From Dehalococcoidia bacterium (GTDB taxonomy: Bacteria; Chloroflexota; Dehalococcoidia; Lucifugimonadales; UBA3495): 64,000 bases of DNA. The position numbers and the translations under genes were made by a program. The stretch is taken from NCBI GenBank assembly GCA_022451925.1, contig JAKUNL010000003.1, forward strand, positions 17,939 through 81,938, given 5' to 3'. Below, piece by piece: positions 10,283 to 19,524 of this stretch. The notes under the pieces are model-generated. The model saw only the letters and a program-made list of their open reading frames with translations, was not told where the DNA came from and did no database searches. The stretch's first letter is position 1. Every line of letters begins with the position of its first letter.

Positions 10283-11095
10283 CTAATCCGGCAACCGAGT
10301 CAGGTGCATCCGTGAGCCCATACTAGTATCGGTCTCAAAGTAAAGCACTTGCTGGCCGACGCCATTGGTGTTCGGCGTATCCGAAACGAATTTCAGACCG
10401 TTGGCTTCGCACTGGCCAATGCAAGACGGGATATCCCCGACAACGTATCCAACATGGTCCATGACATGGTCGTTGCCCATACTCGCAGGGTCGCCAGGCT
10501 CGATTAATTCGACCTGCACTTGGCTGAAGTTCACGAAGGCGTTCCGACCACCGGACCGGGAAGGGCCTCCGCCAAGAAGGCTACCTTGAAAATTATCCAC
10601 ATACCACTTGATGGCTTCCTCCAGGTTCTTAACCCGGTAACCGGCATGGATGATGCGCTCAACTTCCAAGCCGTCATTTGCGTCGGGCAGCGCATCAGGC
10701 AGCTGGGTGATATGCATCTTAACCCCATTGGTGGTCGAAGAATCAAAGTACAATAACTGGTGGCCGAGCACGTTGACGTTGGGTTTATCCGCGGCAAATT
10801 TAAAGCCGCGGGCCGCCAAGTCATTAATAGACTTGTTGATGTCAGACACCACGTAACCGACATGGTGCATATCTAAGACCTCACTGGAAAGCCCTGCCTG
10901 ATCCACAGGCTCCAGTAGTTCAACCTCAGCATTACCAAAACGCACATAGGCGTTGCGGCCACCGCTGGGCATAGCATAGCCCGGATTCAATGGACCACCA
11001 CCGACCCGAACACCATTGAACGACTCTTCAAACCAGGCAATTGCGCGGTCCAAGTCCGGGGTCAAATACCCAACATGTTGAATCTTCTCGAACAT
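10283..11095 (-). CDS. Two-module VOC (glyoxalase / methylmalonyl-CoA-epimerase-like) protein
   Basis: Internal duplication: IQHVGYLTPDLDRAIAWF...VELLEP...HHVGYVV is repeated as IIHAGYRVKNLEEAIKWY...VELIEP...DHVGYVV. The ATG at 11095 has an AGGAGA SD. Confidence 0.8.
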   Translation of the reverse strand: MFEKIQHVGYLTPDLDRAIAWFEESFNGVRVGGGPLNPGYAMPSGGRNAYVRFGNAEVELLEPVDQAGLSSEVLDMHHVGYVVSDINKSINDLAARGFKFAADKPNVNVLGHQLLYFDSSTTNGVKMHITQLPDALPDANDGLEVERIIHAGYRVKNLEEAIKWYVDNFQGSLLGGGPSRSGGRNAFVNFSQVQVELIEPGDPASMGNDHVMDHVGYVVGDIPSCIGQCEANGLKFVSDTPNTNGVGQQVLYFETDTSMGSRMHLTRLPD

Positions 11096-11175
11096 GATCT
11101 CTCCTATATCACGACAAGCCAACCAAAACGCTAGGGCCAGCTTAGAACTGAGGCAGGTGCAACCCTCTGTACGGG

Positions 11176-11577
11176 CTAAGCGGGACGGCCAGGGGCCGGG
11201 AAGTAACCTGAGCCAGTGCAGAACTCGACCCGGTTACCGTCCGGGTCGTTGATAAACATGAAGCCTTGGCCGTCGAACCGCACACCGTGGCGCAAAATCT
11301 CAAAACCATTCTCTTCAAGAGTCTTCATGGTCCCTTCAAAGTCCTCGACCTCAAAAGCATGATGGGTATTTTCCGGCTTCACCGGAGCATCAGGTGTTTC
11401 AATCAAGTGCACCATGATCCCATTTTCCAATTGCAGCCATGTAATTTCCGGATTCGGGACCTGACTCTCAATCTGCTTAATGCCCAAGAGTTCATTGTAA
11501 AACTTCATGGCCCTTGCGGTGTCCTTAACCATGGTTGTCACGTGGTTAATCTGCTTTGTCTTAATCTGTCCTGGCAT
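11176..11577 (-). CDS. VOC family (glyoxalase/bleomycin-resistance/dioxygenase) protein
   Basis: 133 aa with INHVTTMVKDTARAMKFYNELLG...HHAFEV...DPDGNRVEF. Confidence 0.8.
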   Translation of the reverse strand: MPGQIKTKQINHVTTMVKDTARAMKFYNELLGIKQIESQVPNPEITWLQLENGIMVHLIETPDAPVKPENTHHAFEVEDFEGTMKTLEENGFEILRHGVRFDGQGFMFINDPDGNRVEFCTGSGYFPAPGRPA

Positions 11578-11668
11578 GAGACTCCTATTATCTGGGAAAA
11601 ATCTGCGCTTAATAGCACTATCTTTGGTGCCTAATTATGCCACAAAGGCTGTCGATTGGGCAGACGTA

Positions 11669-12562
11669 CTAGAGAGTGCTGCCTATGGTAACGGTAATCA
11701 CGCCAGCCACAGTGATCACAACACCCAAGAACAGCCATCTAGTGATATCTTCCATCCTGGAGATGAATACCTGAGCCAATATCAAGGTGAAGATTGGATT
11801 GGTAGATACGATTGGGGAGACCACAGTCACGTCCGAGCGCTGCAATGCGAAATATAGTGCAATGACTCCTGTGGCGGCCGCCAACCCAGATAAACCGGCT
11901 GACAACGCGAACATAGGGTTCCCTTTTAACGCCTTTACCTCACGAATGGTGCTGGCACCTGACAATGGCGACAACAATATTATTCCAAAGAGCAATCCCA
12001 ACGCAGAGACCATAAGCGGAGAGCCGTATTCCTCGGTCAGCTCTTTGGCAATAACGTTGGTGCCCCCGTATGAAGCCGCAGCCACTAGAGCCAGGCCAAA
12101 CCCTATCAAGGCTCCACGATTGTTACTCACTCCTTCACGGATCGAATTACCGAGGGCAGTAGTAAGACCTAAAACTACAATAAATGTGCCCAGCAGAACC
12201 ACAAAATGTGGTCGTTCTCCGGTGATAGTAATGGCGAAGACAGCTGCAAATACCGCCGCCGTGCTCTGAATAGCTGCCGTGCGAGATGCTCCAATTCGCC
12301 CGATCGCCTGGTAACTGCTGGTCCTTCCGCCCAAAAAATTCAACACACCCAATGAAAAAAACCAAATTAGAGCCATCGGAGGCAAGTCTCTGATATCCGA
12401 AAAGGCAAAGACCAAAGCTAATAAGGCGGTAGGACAAAAACTGACCAACACTGACAATAACGTGCTGGAAAGAGGGCTCATGCGTTGCATTCCGATTCTT
12501 GCCAGAATTGCGGCGCTTCCAAACCCAAAGCCAGACAACAATGACAGCGCTATCGCGTCCAT
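11669..12562 (-). CDS. EamA/DMT-superfamily transporter
   Basis: 297 aa with about 10 TM segments and a two-EamA-repeat architecture. It is a tandem paralogue of the next gene. Confidence 0.8.
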   Translation of the reverse strand: MDAIALSLLSGFGFGSAAILARIGMQRMSPLSSTLLSVLVSFCPTALLALVFAFSDIRDLPPMALIWFFSLGVLNFLGGRTSSYQAIGRIGASRTAAIQSTAAVFAAVFAITITGERPHFVVLLGTFIVVLGLTTALGNSIREGVSNNRGALIGFGLALVAAASYGGTNVIAKELTEEYGSPLMVSALGLLFGIILLSPLSGASTIREVKALKGNPMFALSAGLSGLAAATGVIALYFALQRSDVTVVSPIVSTNPIFTLILAQVFISRMEDITRWLFLGVVITVAGVITVTIGSTL

Positions 12563-12593
12563 TACTAACGGGCCTTATTTCCTGTTATCCGAA

Positions 12594-13505
12594 TCATAAC
12601 TGGCTGCCTAGCACGACCAAGATCACTCCAGAGACAGCCATCAACGTTCCCGCAACCAGGCCCCGGGTGACATTTTCCAGTCTGGCAAGAAAGATATGGG
12701 CCAGTAAAAGAGTGACAATAGGGCTGCTAGCAACAATCGGGCTGATCACAACGACATCGGCCTTCTGCACCGCAAAATACAGAGCGTTCACGGCAATTCC
12801 AGAAGCAAGGCCAGCAAGTGCCACGAACCGCAGGGAAAACAGAGTTTGACCTAGTCCCTGACTTCCTACACGCAGAACACCAGTCTTAGCGGTGGTTACT
12901 CCAACCAGTGGAGCGATAATCACCAACCCGACCAGCATGCTAAAAGCTGTCACCATCAACGGCGAGTCATATATTTCAATCGCTTGTTTGGCCATCACAT
13001 TAGTAGCCCCATAGGATGCTCCCGCTGCCAAGGCCATCAGATAACCAAGTAGAAATACTCTGTCTGTCCGCCAACCTTCCAAGATGGATCTGCCACTGGA
13101 AAATAGCAGGCCGCCGACCACACCAATTGTGCCCAGAGCGACCAATATATGAATGGACTCTCCAGCAAAAGCCACCGCAAAGAAAGCAGCAAATGGCGCT
13201 TGGGAGGCGATAAACAGACTGGCGCGTGATGCGCCAATAAGATTAGCGGCAAGAAAATTCTGCGTGCGCCCACCGAGAAATGTGATCACCCCTAACCCGA
13301 CTATCCAAAAGACTGCTGTCTGAGGAATATCTCCTATATCGTCAAATGCGAACACCAAAACCATACTAGACGAAAGGACGAAACTAACAAACAGCGAAAC
13401 TATGACACCAGGAAGGGGGAAGACTGACTGCATACCCTGACGAGCCAGAATCGCAGAACTAGCAAATCCGAAGGCGGCAAGTACCGATAGGCCAATGGCC
13501 GCCAT
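12594..13505 (-). CDS. EamA/DMT-superfamily transporter
   Basis: 303 aa and clearly paralogous to 11669..12562 (for example GGRT..., ...VISPIV...P..T, ...G..LV..G). Confidence 0.8.
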   Translation of the reverse strand: MAAIGLSVLAAFGFASSAILARQGMQSVFPLPGVIVSLFVSFVLSSSMVLVFAFDDIGDIPQTAVFWIVGLGVITFLGGRTQNFLAANLIGASRASLFIASQAPFAAFFAVAFAGESIHILVALGTIGVVGGLLFSSGRSILEGWRTDRVFLLGYLMALAAGASYGATNVMAKQAIEIYDSPLMVTAFSMLVGLVIIAPLVGVTTAKTGVLRVGSQGLGQTLFSLRFVALAGLASGIAVNALYFAVQKADVVVISPIVASSPIVTLLLAHIFLARLENVTRGLVAGTLMAVSGVILVVLGSQL

Positions 13506-13513
13506 CAGGCTGG

Positions 13514-14209
13514 CTAGCTCCGCCTACAACTTTCGATAATCGACTCGAATATCAGATTGCCATCGGTACTACCCAAGATCATTTCACAACTGCGCTCCGG
13601 GTGAGGCATCATTCCCAGAACATTGCCTGATTCATTAATGATTCCTGCAATGTTGTTGGCCGAACCATTGGGGTTGGATTCAGGAGTAGCCTTACCAGAG
13701 GCGTCAGAATATCGGAAGATTACCCGCCCTTCTTCTTCAAGCTTAATCAACGTTTCACCATCGGCAAAATAATTACCCTCACCATGGGAAACCGGGACAT
13801 TAAGTAGTTGCCCTTGACTGCATACCGTGGTGAAGAGCGTATCGGAACGCTCAGTGCGCAAATAGGTTGGTTGGCAGCGATACTCCAAATCTTTATTTGG
13901 GAGTAAAGCTCCAGGCAATAATCCAGACTCGCAAAGGATCTGAAACCCGTTACAAATACCAATGGCCGCCCTGCCGGTAGTCACGAATTTGTCCAAGGCT
14001 TCCATCACCGGAGAGAACCGAGCCATGGCTCCTGGTCGCAAGTAATCGCCATAGGAGAACCCTCCTGGCAGGATCACCGAATCAAAACCGTCCAGACTGG
14101 TCTCGTCATGCCAGACGTAATCAGCGTCTTGCCCCAGGATGTCTTTCACCTGGTAATAGCAATCTTTATCGCTCCAGGTACCAGGAAACACTAAAATCCC
14201 GAACCTCAT
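13514..14209 (-). CDS. purQ: Phosphoribosylformylglycinamidine synthase subunit PurQ (glutaminase)
   Basis: MRFGILVFPGTWSDKD, the catalytic GICNGFQIL and MMPHPER. The ATG at 14209 is preferred over the longer track ORF. Confidence 0.92.
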   Translation of the reverse strand: MRFGILVFPGTWSDKDCYYQVKDILGQDADYVWHDETSLDGFDSVILPGGFSYGDYLRPGAMARFSPVMEALDKFVTTGRAAIGICNGFQILCESGLLPGALLPNKDLEYRCQPTYLRTERSDTLFTTVCSQGQLLNVPVSHGEGNYFADGETLIKLEEEGRVIFRYSDASGKATPESNPNGSANNIAGIINESGNVLGMMPHPERSCEMILGSTDGNLIFESIIESCRRS

Positions 14210-14228
14210 ACTCAGTAATCCAGAATAA

Positions 14229-14681
14229 TCAAGATAGCGACTCCAAATAAACTGTAGCCATTTCATTCACCAAGGTGCCATCAGCTTTGCCGCGAATCTG
14301 GGGCATTAATTTGCCCATAAGTTTACCCTTGTCCTGGATAGAGGCAGCTCCAACTTCAGCTGCAGTAACCTTGATAATCTCAGTCAGGTCTTCAGCAGAC
14401 ATCTGTGGTGGCAGAAATTCTTCTAGAACCTTGAGTTCCGCAGCCTCTTTAGCGGCCATCTCAACTCGTCCACCTACTTCAAAGGCCTTGATGCTATCAC
14501 GGCGGTCGCTAGCCTGTTTGGTAGCTACATCAATCACACCAGCGTCGTCCAGTTTATTTTTTTGTTCCTTCTCAACCGCAAGAACAGCGTTCTTAAAGAA
14601 ACGCAAGGCATCTAAGCGTGCCTGATCGTGGTTCCGCATCGAAGTCTTAATATCTTCTTCAAGTTTTTCTCTCAAGGCCAT
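14229..14681 (-). CDS. GatB/YqeY domain protein
   Basis: MALREKLEEDIKTSMRNHDQARLDALRFFKNAV...LPPQMSAEDL is the typical YqeY pattern. The ATG at 14681 is preferred over the TTG at 14702. Confidence 0.85.
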   Translation of the reverse strand: MALREKLEEDIKTSMRNHDQARLDALRFFKNAVLAVEKEQKNKLDDAGVIDVATKQASDRRDSIKAFEVGGRVEMAAKEAAELKVLEEFLPPQMSAEDLTEIIKVTAAEVGAASIQDKGKLMGKLMPQIRGKADGTLVNEMATVYLESLS

Positions 14682-14989
14682 GATAAAACCGATCCTATTC
14701 AATCGCCGACTTGAATCAATGTAAACAAGCTAGCATGATTTTTTGCCGTTTCGCCATGCCCCTATTCTACTCTCAGAATCGGAGCGCGGCGATTATATTC
14801 GGCATATAAATTTTGTGTCAAACGCACAACCCTTTATTGGATAAATATCTGAACCGAAACCAGCTAAATATGAAACTGGCCACCGTTGCCTAATTTCACT
14901 TCCCCATGGAAAATGATTTTGCTATACTTCTAGTGCTCTTTTCCGTTACTGGGGACGAGTATGTTTTTTTGTAAGGCAGGCTATTAGGA

Positions 14990-16276
14990 ATGCCGGCATA
15001 TGCCGTTATTGGCGGGCAATGGGGTGACGAGGGCAAGGGCAAGATCATTGATTACCTTGCTGGAAGTGTTGACAGCGTAGTTCGATATGCGGGCGGCAAC
15101 AACGCCGGGCACACTGTAGTCAACGATAAAGGTACTTTCCAACTGCATCTGGTCCCTTCGGGAATCTGTTGGCCAGATGTCTATGGAATCATCGGCAACG
15201 GGGTTGTCGTAGACCCAGATGTATTAGTCAGCGAACTCCAAGAGATTGGATCGCGTGGCATCGATACCAGCAAACTATTCATAAGTGAACGCGCCCACGT
15301 CATAATGCCCTACCACGTAGTGCTAGACCGATTGGAAGAGGAAGCAAGGGGTAAGGCAGCCATAGGTACCACTGGGCGTGGAATCGGCCCTGCATACATG
15401 GACAAGACCGGCAGAATGGGAGTCCGTGTAGGCGATCTGTTGGACTGGGACGCCTTGGTTCCCATGGTGACCCAGATCTTAAAACACAAGAACGCCTTGA
15501 TTACCAAGATCTACGGCGGAGAACCCATATCACTTGATCACGTCCTAACCAAGTGCAAACTATGGGCCGAACAAATGAGCCCTTACGCCATGGCCACTGA
15601 GCAACTGGTGCAAGACCTTCTGGAGCAAAACAAGAAAGTTTTGCTGGAAGGCGCCCAGGGCACTCTTCTGGACGTCGACCACGGCTCCTATCCCTTTGTA
15701 ACATCATCCTCACCGTCCATCGGAGGAGCCTGCACAGGATTGGGGTTGAACCCTCAAGCCATCAAGGGTGTGCTGGGAGTTTTCAAAGCTTACTCCACAA
15801 GAGTCGGAGGCGGTCCCATGCCCTCAGAGGTTCCTGATCATGAGGCTGACGAAATCAGAGAGAAGGCCCACGAATTTGGTGTCACTACCGGAAGAGCCCG
15901 CCGGATAGGCTGGTTTGATGGCGTAGCGGGGAAATACAGCCAACTGGTCAATGGTTTCACCGGTATCGTATTGACAAGGCTCGACATCCTAGATGACTTC
16001 GATTCTGTCAAGGTATGCATCGGTTACAACGTGGATGGCAAGCGGATAGAGCGATTTCCGGCCAACACAGGACTCCTAGCCCGATGTGAACCCATCTATG
16101 AAGAGCTGCCCGGTTGGGACCAGCCTACAGCCAGCGCAACCAAATTATCACAACTGCCGGCCAATGCCCTGGCCTATGTGCATAGGATAGAGCAGTTGGT
16201 TGGTTGTAAAGTTCAGATTATATCCACCGGACCTAGACGTGACGAGACCATTCAAGTGGAGCCGATATTTACCTAG
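14990..16276 (+). CDS. purA: Adenylosuccinate synthase
   Basis: 428 aa with GGQWGDEGKGKIID, GTTGRGIGPAY and TTGRARRIGWFD. Confidence 0.97.
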   Translation: MPAYAVIGGQWGDEGKGKIIDYLAGSVDSVVRYAGGNNAGHTVVNDKGTFQLHLVPSGICWPDVYGIIGNGVVVDPDVLVSELQEIGSRGIDTSKLFISERAHVIMPYHVVLDRLEEEARGKAAIGTTGRGIGPAYMDKTGRMGVRVGDLLDWDALVPMVTQILKHKNALITKIYGGEPISLDHVLTKCKLWAEQMSPYAMATEQLVQDLLEQNKKVLLEGAQGTLLDVDHGSYPFVTSSSPSIGGACTGLGLNPQAIKGVLGVFKAYSTRVGGGPMPSEVPDHEADEIREKAHEFGVTTGRARRIGWFDGVAGKYSQLVNGFTGIVLTRLDILDDFDSVKVCIGYNVDGKRIERFPANTGLLARCEPIYEELPGWDQPTASATKLSQLPANALAYVHRIEQLVGCKVQIISTGPRRDETIQVEPIFT

Positions 16277-16348
16277 CCTACTCAACATTGGCAAATCATA
16301 GATCCACCGCTACGGTTGGCGATTATGGATAACCTTGGTTTGCGACGT

Positions 16349-17245
16349 TTAAGCGGAGATCGGTAGATCGATATCGTACTCTTCCAGTAGCTTATTAATC
16401 TCGGTCATTGCCTTGGCGCTGGGCGGCACCATAGGCAACCTGGGTTCTCCAACATTCAAGCCAATCCGGTTCACCGCGTACTTCACTGGAATAGGGTTGG
16501 ACTCGGTAAACATACCCAGGAATATAGGCAACAAGCGACGATGCTCAGAAGCCGCACCCTCAACATCCCCCTCCAACAGCAGACCCATCATGTGTTTGAT
16601 CTGACTGCCTACTAGGTGGGAGACCACGCTGATCACACCATAGCCTCCTATAGACATCATCAAGAACGTCTGATTGTCGTCCCCGCTCCAAACTTTGAAA
16701 TCTGGTCCAGCGGTGTTGATAATGCGGGCAATCTGGTTCATATCACCGCTAGCTTCCTTAGTGCCGACAATGTTATCAATCTCACTCAGTCGAATCGTCG
16801 TCTCGTCTGTCATATTTACGCCGGTACGACCCATGATGTTATAGACAATGCACGGCAAGCTAGTCTTGTCCGCTATTGACCTAAAGTGCTGATAGATACC
16901 CTCTTGCGGAGGTTTATTGTAATAGGGCACAACCAACAACAAGCCATCGACACCCTGCTTCTCTGCTTCCTGGCTGAGTTCGATGCTCTCAGCAGTGTTG
17001 TAAGTACCAGTACCAGCTATGATCGCGCCCTTATCCCCGACCGACTCCTTCACTTCACCAAATAGGCGCATTTTCTCATTGGTAGTCAGAGTTGGAGATT
17101 CACCCGTGGTTCCTGACAGCACAACGCCGTCGCTTCCAGAATCGAGGAGGGCATGGGCTAGGCGCTTAGCTTGCTCAAAGTCAACATCACCCTTCTCGTC
17201 AAACGGGGTAACCATCGCTGTAAGTAGCCTTCCAATCTCTGGCAT
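16349..17245 (-). CDS. dapA: 4-hydroxy-tetrahydrodipicolinate synthase
   Basis: TAMVTPF..., SGTTGESPTLT and YNKP motifs. The ATG at 17245 has an AGGAGG SD and is preferred over the GTG at 17275. Confidence 0.93.
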   Translation of the reverse strand: MPEIGRLLTAMVTPFDEKGDVDFEQAKRLAHALLDSGSDGVVLSGTTGESPTLTTNEKMRLFGEVKESVGDKGAIIAGTGTYNTAESIELSQEAEKQGVDGLLLVVPYYNKPPQEGIYQHFRSIADKTSLPCIVYNIMGRTGVNMTDETTIRLSEIDNIVGTKEASGDMNQIARIINTAGPDFKVWSGDDNQTFLMMSIGGYGVISVVSHLVGSQIKHMMGLLLEGDVEGAASEHRRLLPIFLGMFTESNPIPVKYAVNRIGLNVGEPRLPMVPPSAKAMTEINKLLEEYDIDLPISA

Positions 17246-17345
17246 GTCCGCCTCCTCCTGTTGCCACTTCGACACGTTGATAGGTCTCTAAAAGTTTTTG
17301 CATTATACCCGTCAATACTCAACATAGCATCCTTAGGCATCAGGC

Positions 17346-17373
17346 AATACAAAAACGGCCAAATGATGGCCGT
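17346..17373 (-). terminator. Rho-independent terminator after asd
   Basis: On the minus strand, ACGGCCA-tcatt-TGGCCGT (17355-17373) is followed by TTTTTGTATTG. Confidence 0.6.
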
Positions 17374-17395
17374 TCGAAAGAGTCGATCAACGAAC

Positions 17396-18439
17396 CTAGC
17401 CGGTCAGTTCACTAGCAGACTTCGGCTTTAAGCGGCCACGGTAGACCAGTTCCTCCGCAATCTGGAGAGAATTAAGAGCCGCGCCCTTACGCAAGTTGTC
17501 AGAGACAATCCACATCACCAGGCCATTTGGATGAGACATATCCTGGCGGATGCGACCGATAAACACATCATCCTCACCCGCCACGTCCCATGGCATCGGG
17601 TATTCACCAGTATCCTGATCACCTAACACTGTGATACCAGGCATGGCATTTAGAAGTTTCGTCGCTTCTTCCACCGCCATGGGCCGTGTGAACTCGATAT
17701 GAACTGAGGCAGAATGAGAGATGTATACCGGAACTCGCACGCACGTGGCTGAGATTTGAATCTCAGGAGCATGTAGGATTTTCTGCGACTCCTGTCGCAT
17801 CTTCTGCTCTTCGAACGTGTAACCCGTTTCCATGAACCGGTCTATCTGGGGGACGACATTGTAGGCGATTTGACCTTCTTCAGACTTGATGGTGAGATAA
17901 TCAGAGTCCATCAGACGCTCCGTCTGTTCCCGCAAAGTGTCCATCGCCCCACCTCCAGCGCCAGATACCGATTGGTACGTGTCGGCCACTATGCGCTTGA
18001 TGGGGTTCACCTGATGCAGAGGATGGGCAGCCATCACTAATGGCGTGGTCGAGCAGTTGGGAATAGAAATAATTCCCTCGTGCCATTCAACATCTGAACC
18101 GTTTACCTCCGGTACGACCAAGGGAACTTTATCTTCCATGCGGAACGCTGAACCGTCATCGATAACCACGGCGCCAGCCTCAACCGCGGCCGGAGCTAAC
18201 TTATGGCTTACAGCAGAACTAGCAGATATAAACGCTATGTCTACATCATCGAACGAATCAACAGCTGCTTCTTCCACCACTAGGTCCTTGCCACCCACCG
18301 TGATTATCTTACCTGCGGAGCGGCTGGAGGCCATCAGCTTTAGCTTGGGCAAGGTGGGATAACGTGTCTCCACTATACGGAGAAATTCGGCGCCAACCGC
18401 CCCCGTAGCGCCAACGACCGCAATAGTCAAATCCTGCAC
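17396..18439 (-). CDS. asd: Aspartate-semialdehyde dehydrogenase
   Basis: 347 aa with a GTG start, VVGATGAVG and the active-site IPNCSTT. Confidence 0.95.
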   Translation of the reverse strand: MQDLTIAVVGATGAVGAEFLRIVETRYPTLPKLKLMASSRSAGKIITVGGKDLVVEEAAVDSFDDVDIAFISASSAVSHKLAPAAVEAGAVVIDDGSAFRMEDKVPLVVPEVNGSDVEWHEGIISIPNCSTTPLVMAAHPLHQVNPIKRIVADTYQSVSGAGGGAMDTLREQTERLMDSDYLTIKSEEGQIAYNVVPQIDRFMETGYTFEEQKMRQESQKILHAPEIQISATCVRVPVYISHSASVHIEFTRPMAVEEATKLLNAMPGITVLGDQDTGEYPMPWDVAGEDDVFIGRIRQDMSHPNGLVMWIVSDNLRKGAALNSLQIAEELVYRGRLKPKSASELTG

Positions 18440-18493
18440 TGGTAGTTCTCTGTTCTAGATAAAATTCGTACCTGTAAAAAGCTCTTACCTTGA

Positions 18494-19279
18494 TTAGAGC
18501 CCAAGCACATTCTCCAAGCCTATCACAAGGCCACGACACGTCACAACGTCGTTGATGCAACGCACCACACCAGGCATGTAACAACTTCGGTCCAGGGTGT
18601 CATGCTTTATGGAAACCGTCTGGCCCGCTAATCCGAATATCACCTCGTGGTGGGCGCTCTTTCCCGGCATTCGAATACTGTGAACTGAGATGCCGTTATA
18701 CTCACCGCCTCTGGTGTTATCCAGGTTCTCTTTCTCTGGCTGGTTGCGAGTGTAATGCTTCCTCTCGCCTAGACTGCGCATCAAGTTCAGCGCAAACCCA
18801 GAAGGGGAATCGATTTTGGCCTCGTGATGTGACTCCACAATATCCACGTAATCAAAGTAGGGAGCCGCTTGTTCGGCCAATTTTTTGAGAACAACGGCTC
18901 CTAAGGCAAAATTCGGCGCCACGATTATGCCAATACTATTCTCATTGGCCAAAACATCAAGTTGTTTCAATTGCTCTTCCGAAAAACCACTTGCACCCAT
19001 GACGATGTTTATCTTTCTGGCAGCGGCTTTGACAGCCGCGTCCATGCCTACAGTGGAATTAGTCAGTTCTAGCATCACCTCGGGCTGAGACTGCTCAAGA
19101 AGGGAGTCTAGGTCTGTGGACAAAGCCACATTGCCAACTGGAGTAGCCAGGGTTGGCCCACGGTCATGGGCGCACGTACCACCAATCAATTCCATGTTTG
19201 TCTCACTCGAAACAGCTGCCACCGCCTCAAGACCCATCTTACCGGTGATACCACTGATTAAAACCTTTATGGCCGCCAT
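18494..19279 (-). CDS. dapB: 4-hydroxy-tetrahydrodipicolinate reductase
   Basis: 261 aa with ISGITGKMG and VESHHEAKIDSPSG, and a GAGGAG SD. Confidence 0.93.
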   Translation of the reverse strand: MAAIKVLISGITGKMGLEAVAAVSSETNMELIGGTCAHDRGPTLATPVGNVALSTDLDSLLEQSQPEVMLELTNSTVGMDAAVKAAARKINIVMGASGFSEEQLKQLDVLANENSIGIIVAPNFALGAVVLKKLAEQAAPYFDYVDIVESHHEAKIDSPSGFALNLMRSLGERKHYTRNQPEKENLDNTRGGEYNGISVHSIRMPGKSAHHEVIFGLAGQTVSIKHDTLDRSCYMPGVVRCINDVVTCRGLVIGLENVLGL

Positions 19280-19470
19280 GAAAACTCCTCTAAACGTTCC
19301 AACTAGTAACCGTCTTCCGGAGAAAAACGCAATAATCAGGAATCGGTCGGCATGATATCTATTACGCTACCCAGATTATAGTCACGAGCGTGCAGCTCGC
19401 CAGCCTATAACCGAACACCCTAATTTAGTTCGCTTCTGATGATAGCACGGAGGTAAAATCGTGGCGAAAC

Positions 19471-19500
19471 AAAGGCCCCCGAGTAAACTCGGGGGCCTTT
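19471..19500. terminator. Strong GC hairpin terminator downstream of pnp
   Basis: AAAGGCCCCCGAG-taaa-CTCGGGGGCCTTT is a perfect 13-bp stem, flanked by GTTT on both strands. It lies 25 nt after the pnp stop. Confidence 0.8.
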
Positions 19501-19524
19501 GTTTGCTACTTAACAAAAGATTGA